Assembly: GCA_047967505.1 (NCBI GenBank)
Contig: CM106538.1
Strand: one strand, 5' to 3'
DNA: 64,000 nt
Origin: Dipteris shenzhenensis
Taxonomy: Eukaryota
Shown here: piece by piece, positions 22,301 through 35,009 of the stretch
Numbering within the stretch: position 1 is the first letter of the stretch
How the letters are laid out: each line of letters begins with the position of its first letter
Notes under the pieces: generated by a model
Database searches by the model: none
Seen by the model: the letters and a program-made list of their open reading frames with translations, nothing else
What the model was told of the DNA's origin: nothing
Translations under genes and position numbers: made by a program

Positions 22301-24779
22301 GTTTTGCTTTCTACCATATTATAATGAATAAATATGCATCATAAAGTGTAGCTTATCAAAACCTTTGGTTGATAAATTATAAAGGATTTAAAATTTATCT
22401 ATTTTCTTTTAAATATTCCATATAAAAAATCAATGGCTTTTTTTACCTTAGGATTTCTAAAATTATCGAGATAACAAAAATCTATATTAAACTATTATGT
22501 TTTTAAATGAATAGGTTTAAAATTTACCTCAATTTTAAAATTTAGGTGAAATCTTGAAAGTGGGTAACACACAATAGTGTTCATCCCTAATCACATCACT
22601 ATTTATTCCAATCCCATACTTATTATTACATGAGATAAAGAAATGAATGGCAAGCCATAAATGAATGTAAACATCAAATGAATGACAAACCGCAAATAAG
22701 ACTAGCTTCCAAAGCCATCTCCCACTGCCATCTTCTCCATCTCACTTGTCGATTCTCATATTCCATGTCACTAGATTCCCTAGCATCTTGTGGGCCCCTA
22801 GACTATCATAGGAATGATGAGCTCTAAGGTCTTGTTTCAATTGAATGCGTGCATTTATTAGAGGCTCTGGGCTACCATGGTAATGGTGAGCACCTACAGA
22901 TATCGTTTATTTTTCTTTCCTCATAAATAGGCTAATGCAAGGTCTTGTTTAATTTCTATTTCATGTGTAATTAAATCTCATAGATTATCAAAGTCAGAGT
23001 TAAGTTCTCATTCCACGTTTTCACATATACCACAAAGAAATTTCTTGAGTAGGTGGCTGAGATGTATCTCATCTTTCAAGTTTCTAGCTAAGTAGTTATA
23101 GTTCAAGCTCATATAGGTATTGGGGTGTCCCTTGAGCATTGTTCGAGATAGATGCCACATAATAAGATGTCCTTGGCTACCATGCCACAATGTCATCATC
23201 GCCTTGAGGCCTTGAGGATGATGATGAATTGGAGAGAGGGTACCTAGTATGGAATGGCCAACGAGGGTCATGGAGCCTATGTGTGTGATTCAAGAACTAG
23301 CTCCCCATATACAACTCTCTAGTAAGATGGCACATTTTTGCTACTAGTAGATCAGGAACCCGAACCCTGACAAGCACATTGGGGCTGTCATGCACACCAA
23401 GAACTGTTGTACACCTTAGACAATTCCTTCCACATCCTTGGACACCTTCCCTTGAGAGTGTGTTTCATTTCATGGATGACATGAGACAAGAATGATGATG
23501 GATCTCATTCATGTCACGAATGCAATAGATCATGTAAGTGGTCTCTAATAAGGGGGTAAAAGCATGATAACCTTGTACACTTTTAGTGTTGATTAGCATT
23601 TAAATAGCACTTCCATAAACCACTATTCTTCTCACATGACATAATGTCAATTGTGTAATGAATAGTTCTTATGATACATTTTTGTATAAAAAAATTTAAA
23701 GAGCACAAGTATGTTTACAAATTTGTATTAATATGCTAGGATCACTTGCTAGCATCCCTAATAACACTTGTACATGGACATGCTATTATACATCATGCTA
23801 ACATGCTATTACCTAAGGACATATTTAAGGATTGGCCTTGTCACCCATTTACAAGGACTATGTCACTAGGTAGAGAGTTCCACATGCTAGAGTACATGGA
23901 GTTTTATCACAAGTACATGCTTAAGGCATGCAAAATGTGATCATCCATCATAAATTGAAGATCTGAAATGCAATGAGAGCAAGACTAGCATGGCCACAAC
24001 ATGTAAGTTAAGAGGATTAGTACCAATGCAAGGATGACTTCTAAAGTGGCTATGAAAAGTCCAAGTAGTAATAGGAGGTGGTACTAGTCCCAACAAGAGA
24101 AGATGAGATCTTCTCACCTAGCAAGGCTAACTTCGTAGCATATTTTGTAATTATGTTTGTCATTGATGTTTTCTTCATCTATTCCATTTGGTTTTATGTT
24201 CTTTTTGCTTAATATGCTAGTTTCTCATGGAAAACCGTCGGTGTTGTTGCATCATTGTGTGGTCAACCATTAGCCAAACAAGGAAGAGAATTAGTATGCT
24301 TATCATCGTAACATCCACACTCTCTTTGACCATTTAAATCAAAGGGAGTAAAGATCATAGAACATTTCTAAGGTAACTCTCTTGCTCTTACTTTCTAAAC
24401 TAGCTTGTTGTAAATTATGAAATATTGCATTACTTAAGAAACAATTTTGTTCCTATTACATTACTTAATAAATGTTTTTGTTCCTGTTACATAGCCCACA
24501 TCATCTCATGGCAATGGAGAGAGTAGGGGCAATAGAGGATGTGGGAGCAAGGGTGAGATAGAGTAGATGGGGATCAAGATGAGGGCTTTACATATAGTGT
24601 TTTAGAACTTTTGTGCATTTTTACCTTTTGTAGTCCCCATTTCTTGGTGGATGTGCTTTTGTATTTCTTTAAAGGGATTGTTTGTAATACATCTTACCTC
24701 TATATTCTAGTGTATTTCTTAAATTATGGCCTTCCTTTTTTTATGGGAGTATGCTTTTGTATCCTCTTTGAAGAGATTT

Positions 24780-25760
24780 TTCATTTGGTCCCAGGGTTTC
24801 AGAAGAAGTGAGATTGATCACTGCCTCTATACTAAAAGGGCTAAGGATAATAGCCTGATACTCTTGGCACTTTATGTGGATGATATGTTATTGGCTAGTA
24901 AGAACATTTATAAGCTTGATGCATTAAAGGCCAAGTTGCATGAGGCCTTTGACATGAAGTATTTGGGACCTATAGGTCATATTCTCGGTATGCGCATCAC
25001 GCGTGACTGGAGTAGGAAACTCCTTTGGCTTTCACATAAGGAGTATGTTATAAAAGTGTTGCAGCATTTCAATATGGAGGGGGGGAAGGCAGTAAGTACT
25101 CCATTGCATCCATATGTGAAATTGAGTCAGGAAGATAGTCTCAAATCAGATGAGGAGAGGGCCATGATGGCCATGATGGCCAAGGTTCCTTATGCAACAG
25201 GGGTTGGGAGTCTTATGTATGCTATAATAGCTACTAGACCAGATATTGCATTTGTAGTGGGAGTCGTTCACTAGTTTATGGCTGATCCAGGAAAGAGGCA
25301 TTGGGAGTTAGTTAAGTGCATCATGAGGTACATGAAGGGTACCAAGGAGGTGTGTAACTGCTTTGGCAGAGGAGACATGCGTGTATTTGGGTACATAGAT
25401 TTAGACTATGCAGGACATGTGGATAGCAAGAGATCCACTTCTGGTTATGTGTTCACCTTTGTAGGTGGTGTAGTGTCATGGATGTCTCGTGCATAGAAGT
25501 TTGTTGCTTTGTCTACGACAGAGGATGAGTATGTTGCAGCCGACATTGAGGTCAGGTACCATTTTATCAGGGAAGTACTTGAGGACAAGTGCATAGAGGT
25601 TGTCAAGGTTCATACAGATGATAACCCTATAGATATGCTAACAAAGAGTCTACCTAGTCAGTGGGTTGAGTATTGTTGTGTTTTGATGGGCATTGGATAG
25701 TATGCTCATTGATTGTTCTCCCTTAAAGGCACATTGGCCTTTAAGTGGGAGGTTGTGGGG
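24780..25760 (+). pseudogene. pol: Copia RT-RNase H fragment ending in PPT and LTR start
   Basis: DHCLY...LYVDDML, VPYATGVGSLMYA..TRPDIAF, HWELVK.IMRY, RSTSGYVF; PPT aagtgggagg 25743-25752 then tgtgggg. Confidence 0.92.
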
Positions 25761-27469
25761 TTTAAAGGCCACTGTACCTTAACCCCAATTATGTACAATA
25801 CTCAAACACACACACATATATATATGGATGACATAGAAGATTAGGGTGTTCTGCACCCACCATAAACTTGTGTGACTCTCTCTTCTAGCTCTCCCTTTCT
25901 CTCACCTTCTTCCATTCCACTTCCGTTGCTCAGATCTCTCAATTATAAAGCCACTAGGATTGGTAAGTCATGTTGGTAGTGGCCCTTGAGTCGCTAGCGA
26001 AGGTTGTCCCATGGGTCATTGTTTGCTTGGGTGTAGCCATTTTTGGTGAGGTTCAGGGACTTTTCTATATATGGATATCTTACATGACCCATAACGTATG
26101 CATTGATCAACGAAATTCGGCAAACTTTATCTTCAAGTTGTAGTATGCAATCCAAACTTGAACATTAGAGCAAAAAATTATGGAATAAGGATTTAGAACA
26201 AGACCATTAAAGCATTACAAGTGCTATGTTGCATGTGAAGCATGCATCCTGAAGACTATAGGATGTAGCAATTTATTCAAAAACATCAAAATTTTGTTCT
26301 ATACGTACATGCAACCAAGTAATCATTCTAAAGTACACTATGTGAGCTTCTCCTCAATGCAAGGACACACTTAGATGAGATCATTATGCATGGGTTAATG
26401 GGACTCCAATGTTGTGCTAAAGTGATGCATACCCATTTGAGGGCATGCTCCATAACTTTCTTTTGATTTGTTGAAAACCAAAACAGATAGAAGATTTGGA
26501 ATCCAAATTATTGGGACTAGTGCATGGTGATCTTAAAACATTGATAGTTGTTGCTATTGGTATCTAGATTCACCCTAAAATGGAAGAAGTTGGAAAAGTG
26601 CAATTTGTATATGTGCAAAGATATTTTAATAAATTCAACACTCTCTACAATTTTGAATTGTTTCTTTGTCCATGCACTTGCTTGCTATATGGCTCATAAG
26701 CATGCCAAAGGTCATTGCATTTAATAATACATAGCATCAAACCTGATAGTGTGCCCTTTGGCCTATTTGTGTTTTAAAGCATTTTAGGCCACATTGCACT
26801 TGTTTGGGATATCCAATTCTGTTGACGTGTACTATTGGAGGGAAAAAAACCGACAGTTGAAATTTTGCTACTGCGAATTTTAAATTTTCACATTTCCCGC
26901 CCATCAAATCTTGGAAGATTAAGTACCTGCAACTTGCCCTCACCCTATAAATGCCCTACAAACCTGCACGCACCTCGATGTGACCTTGCACAGACTTTGG
27001 TTTGCCATTGTCTTCTTTCGGGTAAGTTGTCTTCTATTCTTTACTTGCCTCAACAACTAGCTTCTCTGGGTCTATTCTAAACTAATCGTGGCCATGGCAT
27101 CAATGGCAACATGCAGCTCACAATGGCTTGCAAGAGAAGCAGACAGAGGCTACGAGATAGGAGAACCAAAAAGCCAAGTCAAGGCACAAGGAAAGTGCTG
27201 GCACGATATTGAATCGACAATGGAAGACACTTTTGCAACATCTGTGAAGGGAGAAACAATGAGAATAAAGAAGACTCCTTGCAGAATAGTAGCAAGAAGT
27301 AGATGCAGATGCACACATTCGATCATTGCCATCAGAGTAAAGAACTCGAGCTGTGGTTTCACGATTGGTGGGAGCATTCGAGGTAGCAACATCAAGCCAT
27401 TCACGTGATTACCAATCTTGAGTCTTCATAAGCTTTAGCCTACACAATGGCCAGTGATGTGATTGTCTT

Positions 27470-28012
27470 GAACCAATGTGTTTGAACTGTCCAGCCTGGT
27501 GGCATGGTTGAGCAAAAATTAACAGCAATACATTGTTATTATACTAAACCAGCTCGGTGGTTGGAACATCATGCAACCGTGGTTGCTTTAGCTCAATCAC
27601 CAGTTATGTGATTGTCCTGAACCAGTGTGGTTGAACAGACATTACTTATTGACCAGCCCGGTGGTTGAAATTATTGTGTTTCTTAGTACTTAAATTTGTT
27701 AAATTTAATTTCTTGCTATTCGGGTCATATACCATGTTAAATTGTGGAATTCAGAAATGAAAAAAAAAAATTGTTATTTTCTAATGGTGAAATTAAAAAA
27801 TGAAAAGCAATATACTAATTAATGTCTAACATGTGAAGTTGAGACCGTCAGGCTAAACCATCTCGGTGGTTAAGACTGTGATAGTGTCCTAAACCATCTC
27901 GATGGTTGAAATTGTGATTGTCCTAAACCTGTCCTAAACTAGCCCAGTGGTTGACTATCCTAAACCAGTGCAGTGATTGAAATTGTGACTGTCCTAGACC
28001 AGCACGGTGGCT
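27470..28012 (+). repeat. Cluster of short direct repeats (aaccagcNcggtggttg-like); a related cluster lies at 33005-33395
   Basis: About 9 degenerate copies seen upstream of the Sola2-like remnant. Confidence 0.65.
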
Positions 28013-28199
28013 AAAAATTACTTTGCTTCATTATATACTTTAATTAGTCTATGTTTTGTATTCTTTTAGTAGTAGCAAAAAGGGGGCTTTTTGTTTTGTT
28101 GTTCCCGCATGTTGGGTCAATAGACGAAGTTGTATCTCAAGTTTGTGGATCAAAATCTAGACATTTCAATTGGACACAGGAGCTTTGAGAATTGTAAGC

Positions 28200-29573
28200 C
28201 CTGGTACTTCAGGAAACTAAAAGACAAGAATGTTTGTTGTTGCAAAACGCACATAGACTTTGACCTAGCCTAGCAAATTATGAATGACTTGAGATCTGGT
28301 CGTGTTGGAGCATTATTCCATGGGGATCGATGCCCATGCCTCCCCAATGAATGCGCAGTCTGTAGGCCACCTGGATCCTCATCATGTGTTGCAAGGGAGG
28401 GCAAGTTTTGTAGCCTGAGGTCTCTGTGGGAGCCAGTGGTTTGTCCAAAGGAAGATCGTGAGTGGCACAAGATTGAATGCATTCATGGCACATGCAAGCA
28501 TTGCATTTTGAAGCTGAAGAAGAAGACATTAAATGTCTATCCAAATGAGATGAGAGAAGACAACCATGTTGCTCTAAAATGGAGGAGATAAGAGCACCCA
28601 GCCAAGGGAGCTTGTAAATCACATGGTTCAATCCATCCCAAAATATGTGCTTCACAATTTCACGGCCAGCTAGTAGGATAAGCAATTCAGGATGTGCCTC
28701 GCTAATTTTCTCCGCGACACTATTGTTTCTTTCATAGATTTTGCAAAAAATTATTCTTTTCAACAACAAGATGAGATATAAAGTGCTCACTGGTACAACA
28801 AGCAGAGAATAATTCTTGTGCATATCATTTACAGTCATTTGCTTGATTCTTCCATGCGTGATACCAGTCTGCTTGCTGACTCACAGGAGTCCAAGTTAGT
28901 GCAATGCACTTACCATTTCTACATTAGATGATAGGTGCATCATGCTTTTCTACTCCATTGGGGTTTCATTACTTGCTCTCTTGTGTCTTAGTAGAAGTAC
29001 CCACCATCCAACAACAAGGTGATGGTACGATGCTGTACAAAACCCTTTTTGGCTATATAATGATGGACAAAGAAAAAATGAGCAGCCAAGCAGCAAGTAA
29101 TATAAAATCCCTCATCTACAACAAACTCATTTGCAAATTTGTCCATTGCCTTTGATAGGCTGGGTGAGAAAATGTTCCACTTGGGACACTTGAGGGAATC
29201 AATCTTTGCCACTCCTAATGATGTCGAAGAGTCGGCCCACACCAAATTGGCCACATGTATGCAAGGATCTCCTTTGTAGGAAAGATCCTTTGCATTCACC
29301 CTATCAAAAAAACGTAACAACCTAGGTGCTGCCTCTTAATTTAAATCAGCATGTGGATTCTACTTCGTCTCAAGGTTCAAATCCTTGACCAGTCTAGACA
29401 TGATGTGGAATTTCTTTGGGTCTAGCCATGGCAATGGTGAACATGATGGATGTGGTGCTGTTATTAAGCAAGCTCTATTTAAACACCAATTACCATGCCC
29501 TCAAGAAAAACTCAATGATGCCCATGATGCTGTAACATGGCTTACAGCCAACCTCTCCACAGGCACACGTTAA
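28200..29573 (+). pseudogene. Sola2-like DDD transposase remnant with the central part replaced
   Basis: Cys-rich VVCPKEDREWHKIECIHGTCKHC; FKSACGFYFVSR...WNFFGSSHGNGEHDGCGAVIKQAL; homologous to 59810-61490. Confidence 0.75.
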
Positions 29574-32500
29574 ACATACAGTAAACAAAGCCTTACGACA
29601 TAGATTACAATCTCAAAGACTCCTTTACTTCAGATTACATCTCAAGGACTCCTTGTTGACATCCCTGATTGGAGGCTCAGCCCTCCTTGCTCCTGTCTAG
29701 AATGGGGCTGGTTCCTTTCTACAGGGGCCTTCCTGGTTGTAGGCTCAGACCTTCTGGCTTCTTTCTTGAAGGGGGATGGTTTCTCCCTTCATGCTCTTTT
29801 TCCTCACGGTCAGATTCGCGGTCTTGACCTTCTTGAATTTGAGCTCCTTTTCTTTAAGATCTTTTGCTCAAATGGTAAAATTGAGCTATAGCATCCACAA
29901 TCTCGTCATAGATAGCTGTAGCAAGTAGGCACATTTGATCTTTTCATGACCTGGGCAATGGCAAATGGCATTCTCTACTACAACTAGATTTTGTATGCAT
30001 AAACACTCCAAAGACAAAAATGTGCACAGTGTGGTAGCACATAGGCCATCGGATACATCAGTCATCTATGATGGGGCTATGGTAGACCATGCATTTTGGA
30101 CCCTGCTGCATAGCAGGATAGGCATCTGATTTAAACTATTGTGACTGTAATTACCATAGTCTTTCTCTATACATGACAAAGCTGCTTCTTGATTCTTTCG
30201 TCCCTCATCCTAAGGCTGCAGATCTATTTTCTCCTTCATCTCCTCCACTTTTTGCTCACTTTGTGCAACAGCTTCAGTTGAATCCCTTTGCATCTGTTGA
30301 ACCTGCATAAATTGCTAAAAAACATCTTCATGGGCGATTTTCCAAGATTTTCACTCTAGTTTGGACATCTCGCAGGATGATGGATTTCTTTTCATAACTA
30401 TCAAAAGTCATGGCAAGTTTGTGCAAACATCTTTCATGATCTTCTTGTAGGGTATTGTAGCTTGCTCTTTGGACTTCCAACAGTGTTTTAAAAAAACAAC
30501 CCTCATCGTGGCTATTGCAAATTGCTCCACCGTGGTAGTTGGAACTTGCTCCACTATGGTGGTTGGAACTTGCTCCACCATGGCTGCTCTCCGCATCCTT
30601 CCTAGCCTAGGGAGTTGCCTCGTTATCTTCTCTAGCTCGGCTGCCCCATCCTTCTTGGCCTTGAAGCTGCAGTTCCTGCATCATGTTTTTGGTTTCTACA
30701 TTCTCTCTTTTCAGCTCCTGGTCTTTTTCAATGTTCAATGCATTCTGCATGTTGCAGAGCCATTTGTAAAGACCCTCCTTTTTGGCTGTATGATCTTCAA
30801 GGTCCTTTCGTATCTTTTCTAGCTCCTTGTTCACCATGTCCCTATCATTTGTCACTTCTTCGAGCCTAACTATCTTGGAGCTCCTTCATGCGCTTCTCTT
30901 CTTCTTCTCTTCTATGCCTTTCCATGTCGACCAATTTTGTAGCAATTTCAACTTGCTCTTGTGCTTGCAAGACCCTCACTTGTGCCTCCTCTACCATGGC
31001 TTCTACACCTTCCCTGAGACTTTTCTCGAGTTGTGCTGCCTTTGTTGCATCGGTGGACTTTGTCTTGTAAAAAAGTCACCTTTTGAGACATCTGCTTCTT
31101 GTATTGCTCAAAAATCCCTTTAAGGGTGGATGCCATTAGGTGCATTCTCCAGTCGAGAGATGACAATTGGGATTTTCCATCCATGCAATTCTTTAGGTTG
31201 GTTAACATGCTCTTGGAGATTGCCCTTGAGAAAGATACATCATGTCCTTTCAGTTGCTCTACTGCTACTTGAACCTTCCAAAACTTGCAGATTCCTCTCG
31301 CTTTTGTGGGAATTACTACGCGATGGTGGTGGTTGTCATCAGCCATGTCTGTCATGGCTATGATTTCATCATGTCACCACCACTGCACTTTAGCATGCAT
31401 GATCACTACGAGTGCAGTAAAAATTACTAGTCACCGGGCTTGCATGCTCAGTAGTAGAGAGCTAGAGTGCATGGTAATGAGTGATTAGACATGGTAAACA
31501 CAATTATTGCTCGGTGGTGGTGGCTCTCATTAGCCACCTCTGTCATGGCTAAGATTCCACTGAGCTGGCAATTAATTACTAGCCATCGGAGTGGCACCAC
31601 ATGGCATCTTCTTCATGATTACCAGTCCATCTGGGGGATTCCACCATGGAGGCATATTAATATGGATGGAACCCCATTCTCTAGCCACCATGGTGGCTCA
31701 AACTTTATAATATATATAAGATCTGTGGCATTTGGCATTTTACTACGTTGCTCTGATCTACCCATGCTTTGCTACTTTGCTCCACACCCCTCCTCCAGCT
31801 CTTTTCTGCCCCTGCTCTACTTTGCTTCACGCTCCCTCCTCCAACTCTCGTCACTGCATCTGCTCTTCTGCTCACCCACTCATCTTCAGCATGCCTAGTA
31901 CCACCCCCCCTCGATGCTATGTGATCCCAATAATATCTGGCTTCTCATATAAGGTGATTGCATTGCACTTTCTTGGTGTAGAAATGCTAGCACTAATGGA
32001 GACCCTTCGTTCCCATAGGCGATTCCCCACACATACGAATCTCATCACCTTAGATAACATGCTCACAGAGGGCCTCTTTATGGCTGTGCTATATGGGTTC
32101 TCCCTAGATGTCGACGAAGGCCTCAATATTTTCAGAGTAGAGTACTCTCGACTTACTGGGGGGATCGTAATCTGAGTCTTGACAATGTGCATGGTCTTTG
32201 GCCTCTCCATCATATCCTCCTTTGGCTCCCTAAAATTTTTTAATGCAACAAGCTAGAGTGGCAAAGAACTGAGTTGTACAAATTCCCTCTTGCTCAGACG
32301 AGGCTCTCAACAATGGCTAGATGTAATCTTTTGGACTCTCAACGATCTTTTGGCTCACTGGATGTAATGTTTTGGCATCTAAGGCATTTATATAATCTCT
32401 TTTTGTTGAATTTGAGGCTCTCAGTATGCACTGTTGTTAACTTTTATATTTGTATTTGAATGGTTATGGCCGCTATCTGTAATCTTTTGTTTAAGGCTCT

Positions 32501-33399
32501 CAACAGTTGCCGAGCTTTTATAAATGTAAGATCCTCTGTTCAAATTTTGCTCGGTATAAGTTGATAATTTTTATATAACCTAATATTGGACGTAGATGTA
32601 CATTGTAATCTCTTTTGCTCAATTTTCACTCCGTAAATTGTACTACAACAAGGACTAAAATACTAGGAAAGAAGGGTTACTACGATTTCCTTGGTTTATG
32701 ACCAAAATAGCACTAAAATAACTCCAATGACCCCACCGTTGTGGTTGCATGGAGATACGTCTAGAAAAATACAATTAAACTTTTAGAAAATGCAATTAAT
32801 GATACGGCCCTTGAGGGGTTCCCTCTAGGGGCAAGGGCCATATCGATGTGCATTATATAATATCCAGGATGCCACTGGACAAAAATGGCATGTTGATATG
32901 GTCCTTGACCCTAAAGGGGACCCCTTAAGGGCCATATCGTCAATTGCATTTTGCTTGGTTGCACAATGAAATACATTTTCCTTGGTACACAAATATATAA
33001 CTCCAAGAACTAATGCGGTGGCTTTCATAGATCTCCTTCTATTTGCCACTATGCTGGTCATCATAGACCTCCTCTTGTAATACGTGAAAATAGGTAATGG
33101 AGCTATAACTCCAAGAACCAGCGCGATGGTCTCTCCAAGATAACCTTGAATTCTGGGTGATGATAGGTGGTCAAGCCAGAGATTGTGGTGAGGCGATGCT
33201 CAAAATTATAGATTGTGTCGCATTATTATGCCAAAAACGAGCACGGTGGTCTCTCTAAGACAATCTATGATTTGCATGGGATGTGGGCAAAGAAGCGACA
33301 AAAGGCTACATGATGACAGGTGGTCTGCACTGCGGCAGTGTTTAGAATGATAGATTGCATCTAATTATTACATTAAGAATCAGCGTGGTGGTCTCTCGA

Positions 33400-33546
33400 G
33401 ATTTTTATTTAAGTTTAGAAAAAATTCCATTAGTTCATAAGTAAAGAGGGGTGATTTTATTGCGATTTTTTTTTAGTTGAGGGGTTTTTTGAATACCCTT
33501 TGAATGCATTTGAAACCTAGGATTTCTTAGTAGTGCACCCCCCGAG
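33400..33546 (-). repeat. TIR-like sequence, inverse homolog of 6128-6280
   Basis: ...ttttagttgaggggttttttgaataccctttgaatgc...cttagtagtgcaccccccgag. Confidence 0.75.
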
Positions 33547-34699
33547 AGAAGATAAAGAGATGGCACAATAGGATGGGGGGGGGTGATCTCCCAACACAAA
33601 GGATTGAGAAGGAAGTTGGCAAAAGAGTGATCTTGCAACAGAGAGGATTGAGAGGGAAGCTAGCTAAAGGAGGGAAACTGGCTAAAGTAGCCGACTTGTT
33701 CCACAAGTCCTCTATTTTGGGTGATTAGAGTTCAATGTGTGCCTGGACATGAAAAGCTTCCATCATGAAAAGCATCAATTGATTCTAAAAAACCTCTACA
33801 AAAATTTTGACAACCATCGAATTAATTAGTGAATGAGTGATCGGCTTTCAAGTCTATGATCGAGCAACTATCACAACCTCCTGCACTTGCATTTAAAGAT
33901 GTGGGTAGATGATAGTTTGCATAGAAAGGAACAGATGGAATAAGAGTACAGAGAGAAGAGACCTATAGGCTCACTTGCAAGAACTTGCTACAAATTGCCC
34001 GGAAAAGCAAGCGGAGTGTAGGTTTTAAGGATTTCAAAAAGTTTCAACATTATAGCATAGAATAGCTTGCAAGAACTTGCTGCAGATCACCCCAAAAGTA
34101 GGCAAAGATTGTTCTGCAGTGTGGGTCCCCAAAAAGCAAACGGTGTAGTGTAGCCTTAGGATTTTGAAAAAGCTTCCACATAAATACCAGGGAAGTTGGC
34201 ATCATCTTCTTGATGGAATTATGCTGCTTGGTTGGCTATGTTATCAATGTGTGCATTATATTTCTCGATCCTAGCATGAGTACTCACGCTACTAAACCAA
34301 AGAACTTCTATGTAAATCTCTCCTTGGTGGTGAAATTTTTTGCTATTGACGCAATCATGGTACTAATCAAAATCTTTCATGTAGAGGATAATAAGAAAAT
34401 GGATTATGAAAGAGATAACAAGGGAGTGATGATAAAATACATGAAAACATCTAAGGGATAATCGATAAACAGAGATAGGACAAAGGTATCTCCTTCTTCT
34501 TGCTTGGAAAAATTGCAACAAGGAATATGAATCATCTCCTACAAGATACATTGCAAATCCTCACGATGGGAAATATAACATCTGTAAACATCCTTGCTGT
34601 TAGACAAAGGATAATAGAAATCTTTAGGAACCAAAAAGAGAAATTGCATCAATTGCTATTAGGAAAGTGATCATCCAGGAATAGAAAGAACATTCACGC

Positions 34700-34880
34700 T
34701 TCCAGGAAACACAAGCATCTGGGCATCCGAAAGTCGGAACAACCGGGAATAAGGATCATCTAAAGAACACAAGCATCCGGGCATCCGATGATCATCCGAG
34801 AAACACAAGCATTCGGGCATCCGAAAGTATAGAACAACTAGGAATAAGGATCATTTGGGAAACACAAGCATTTGGGCTTT
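34700..34880 (+). repeat. Short tandem repeat with core aacacaagcatccgggcatccga (4 copies, alternating ~59/35-bp spacing)
   Basis: Read directly. Confidence 0.85.
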
Positions 34881-34887
34881 GGTGCCA

Positions 34888-35009
34888 TGTTGAACTATGA
34901 GAGACGAGATAACATATGCTCCCAAGGGATGATCATATTCATGTACTAGATGCATATATATAGTTGAGGACAAGGGTTGAGTGTGGGCAAGCTATATATA
35001 GCTCTAACA
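34888..35009 (-). repeat. Short solo-LTR-like sequence related to the split LTR at 38298/48608
   Basis: tgttga...tatatatagctctaaca termini shared with 38298-38356 + 48532-48608; no clear TSD. Confidence 0.55.

Noticed and set aside
22600-24700. Possible genes in 22.6-24.7 kb (likewise 37.4-38.3 kb and 61.5-62.8 kb)
   Set aside because: Only short ORFs with no motifs I can support
29580-32900. Many overlapping short ORFs (coiled-coil-like and repeat-containing)
   Set aside because: No recognisable domain; probably decayed retroelement accessory sequence, which cannot be called
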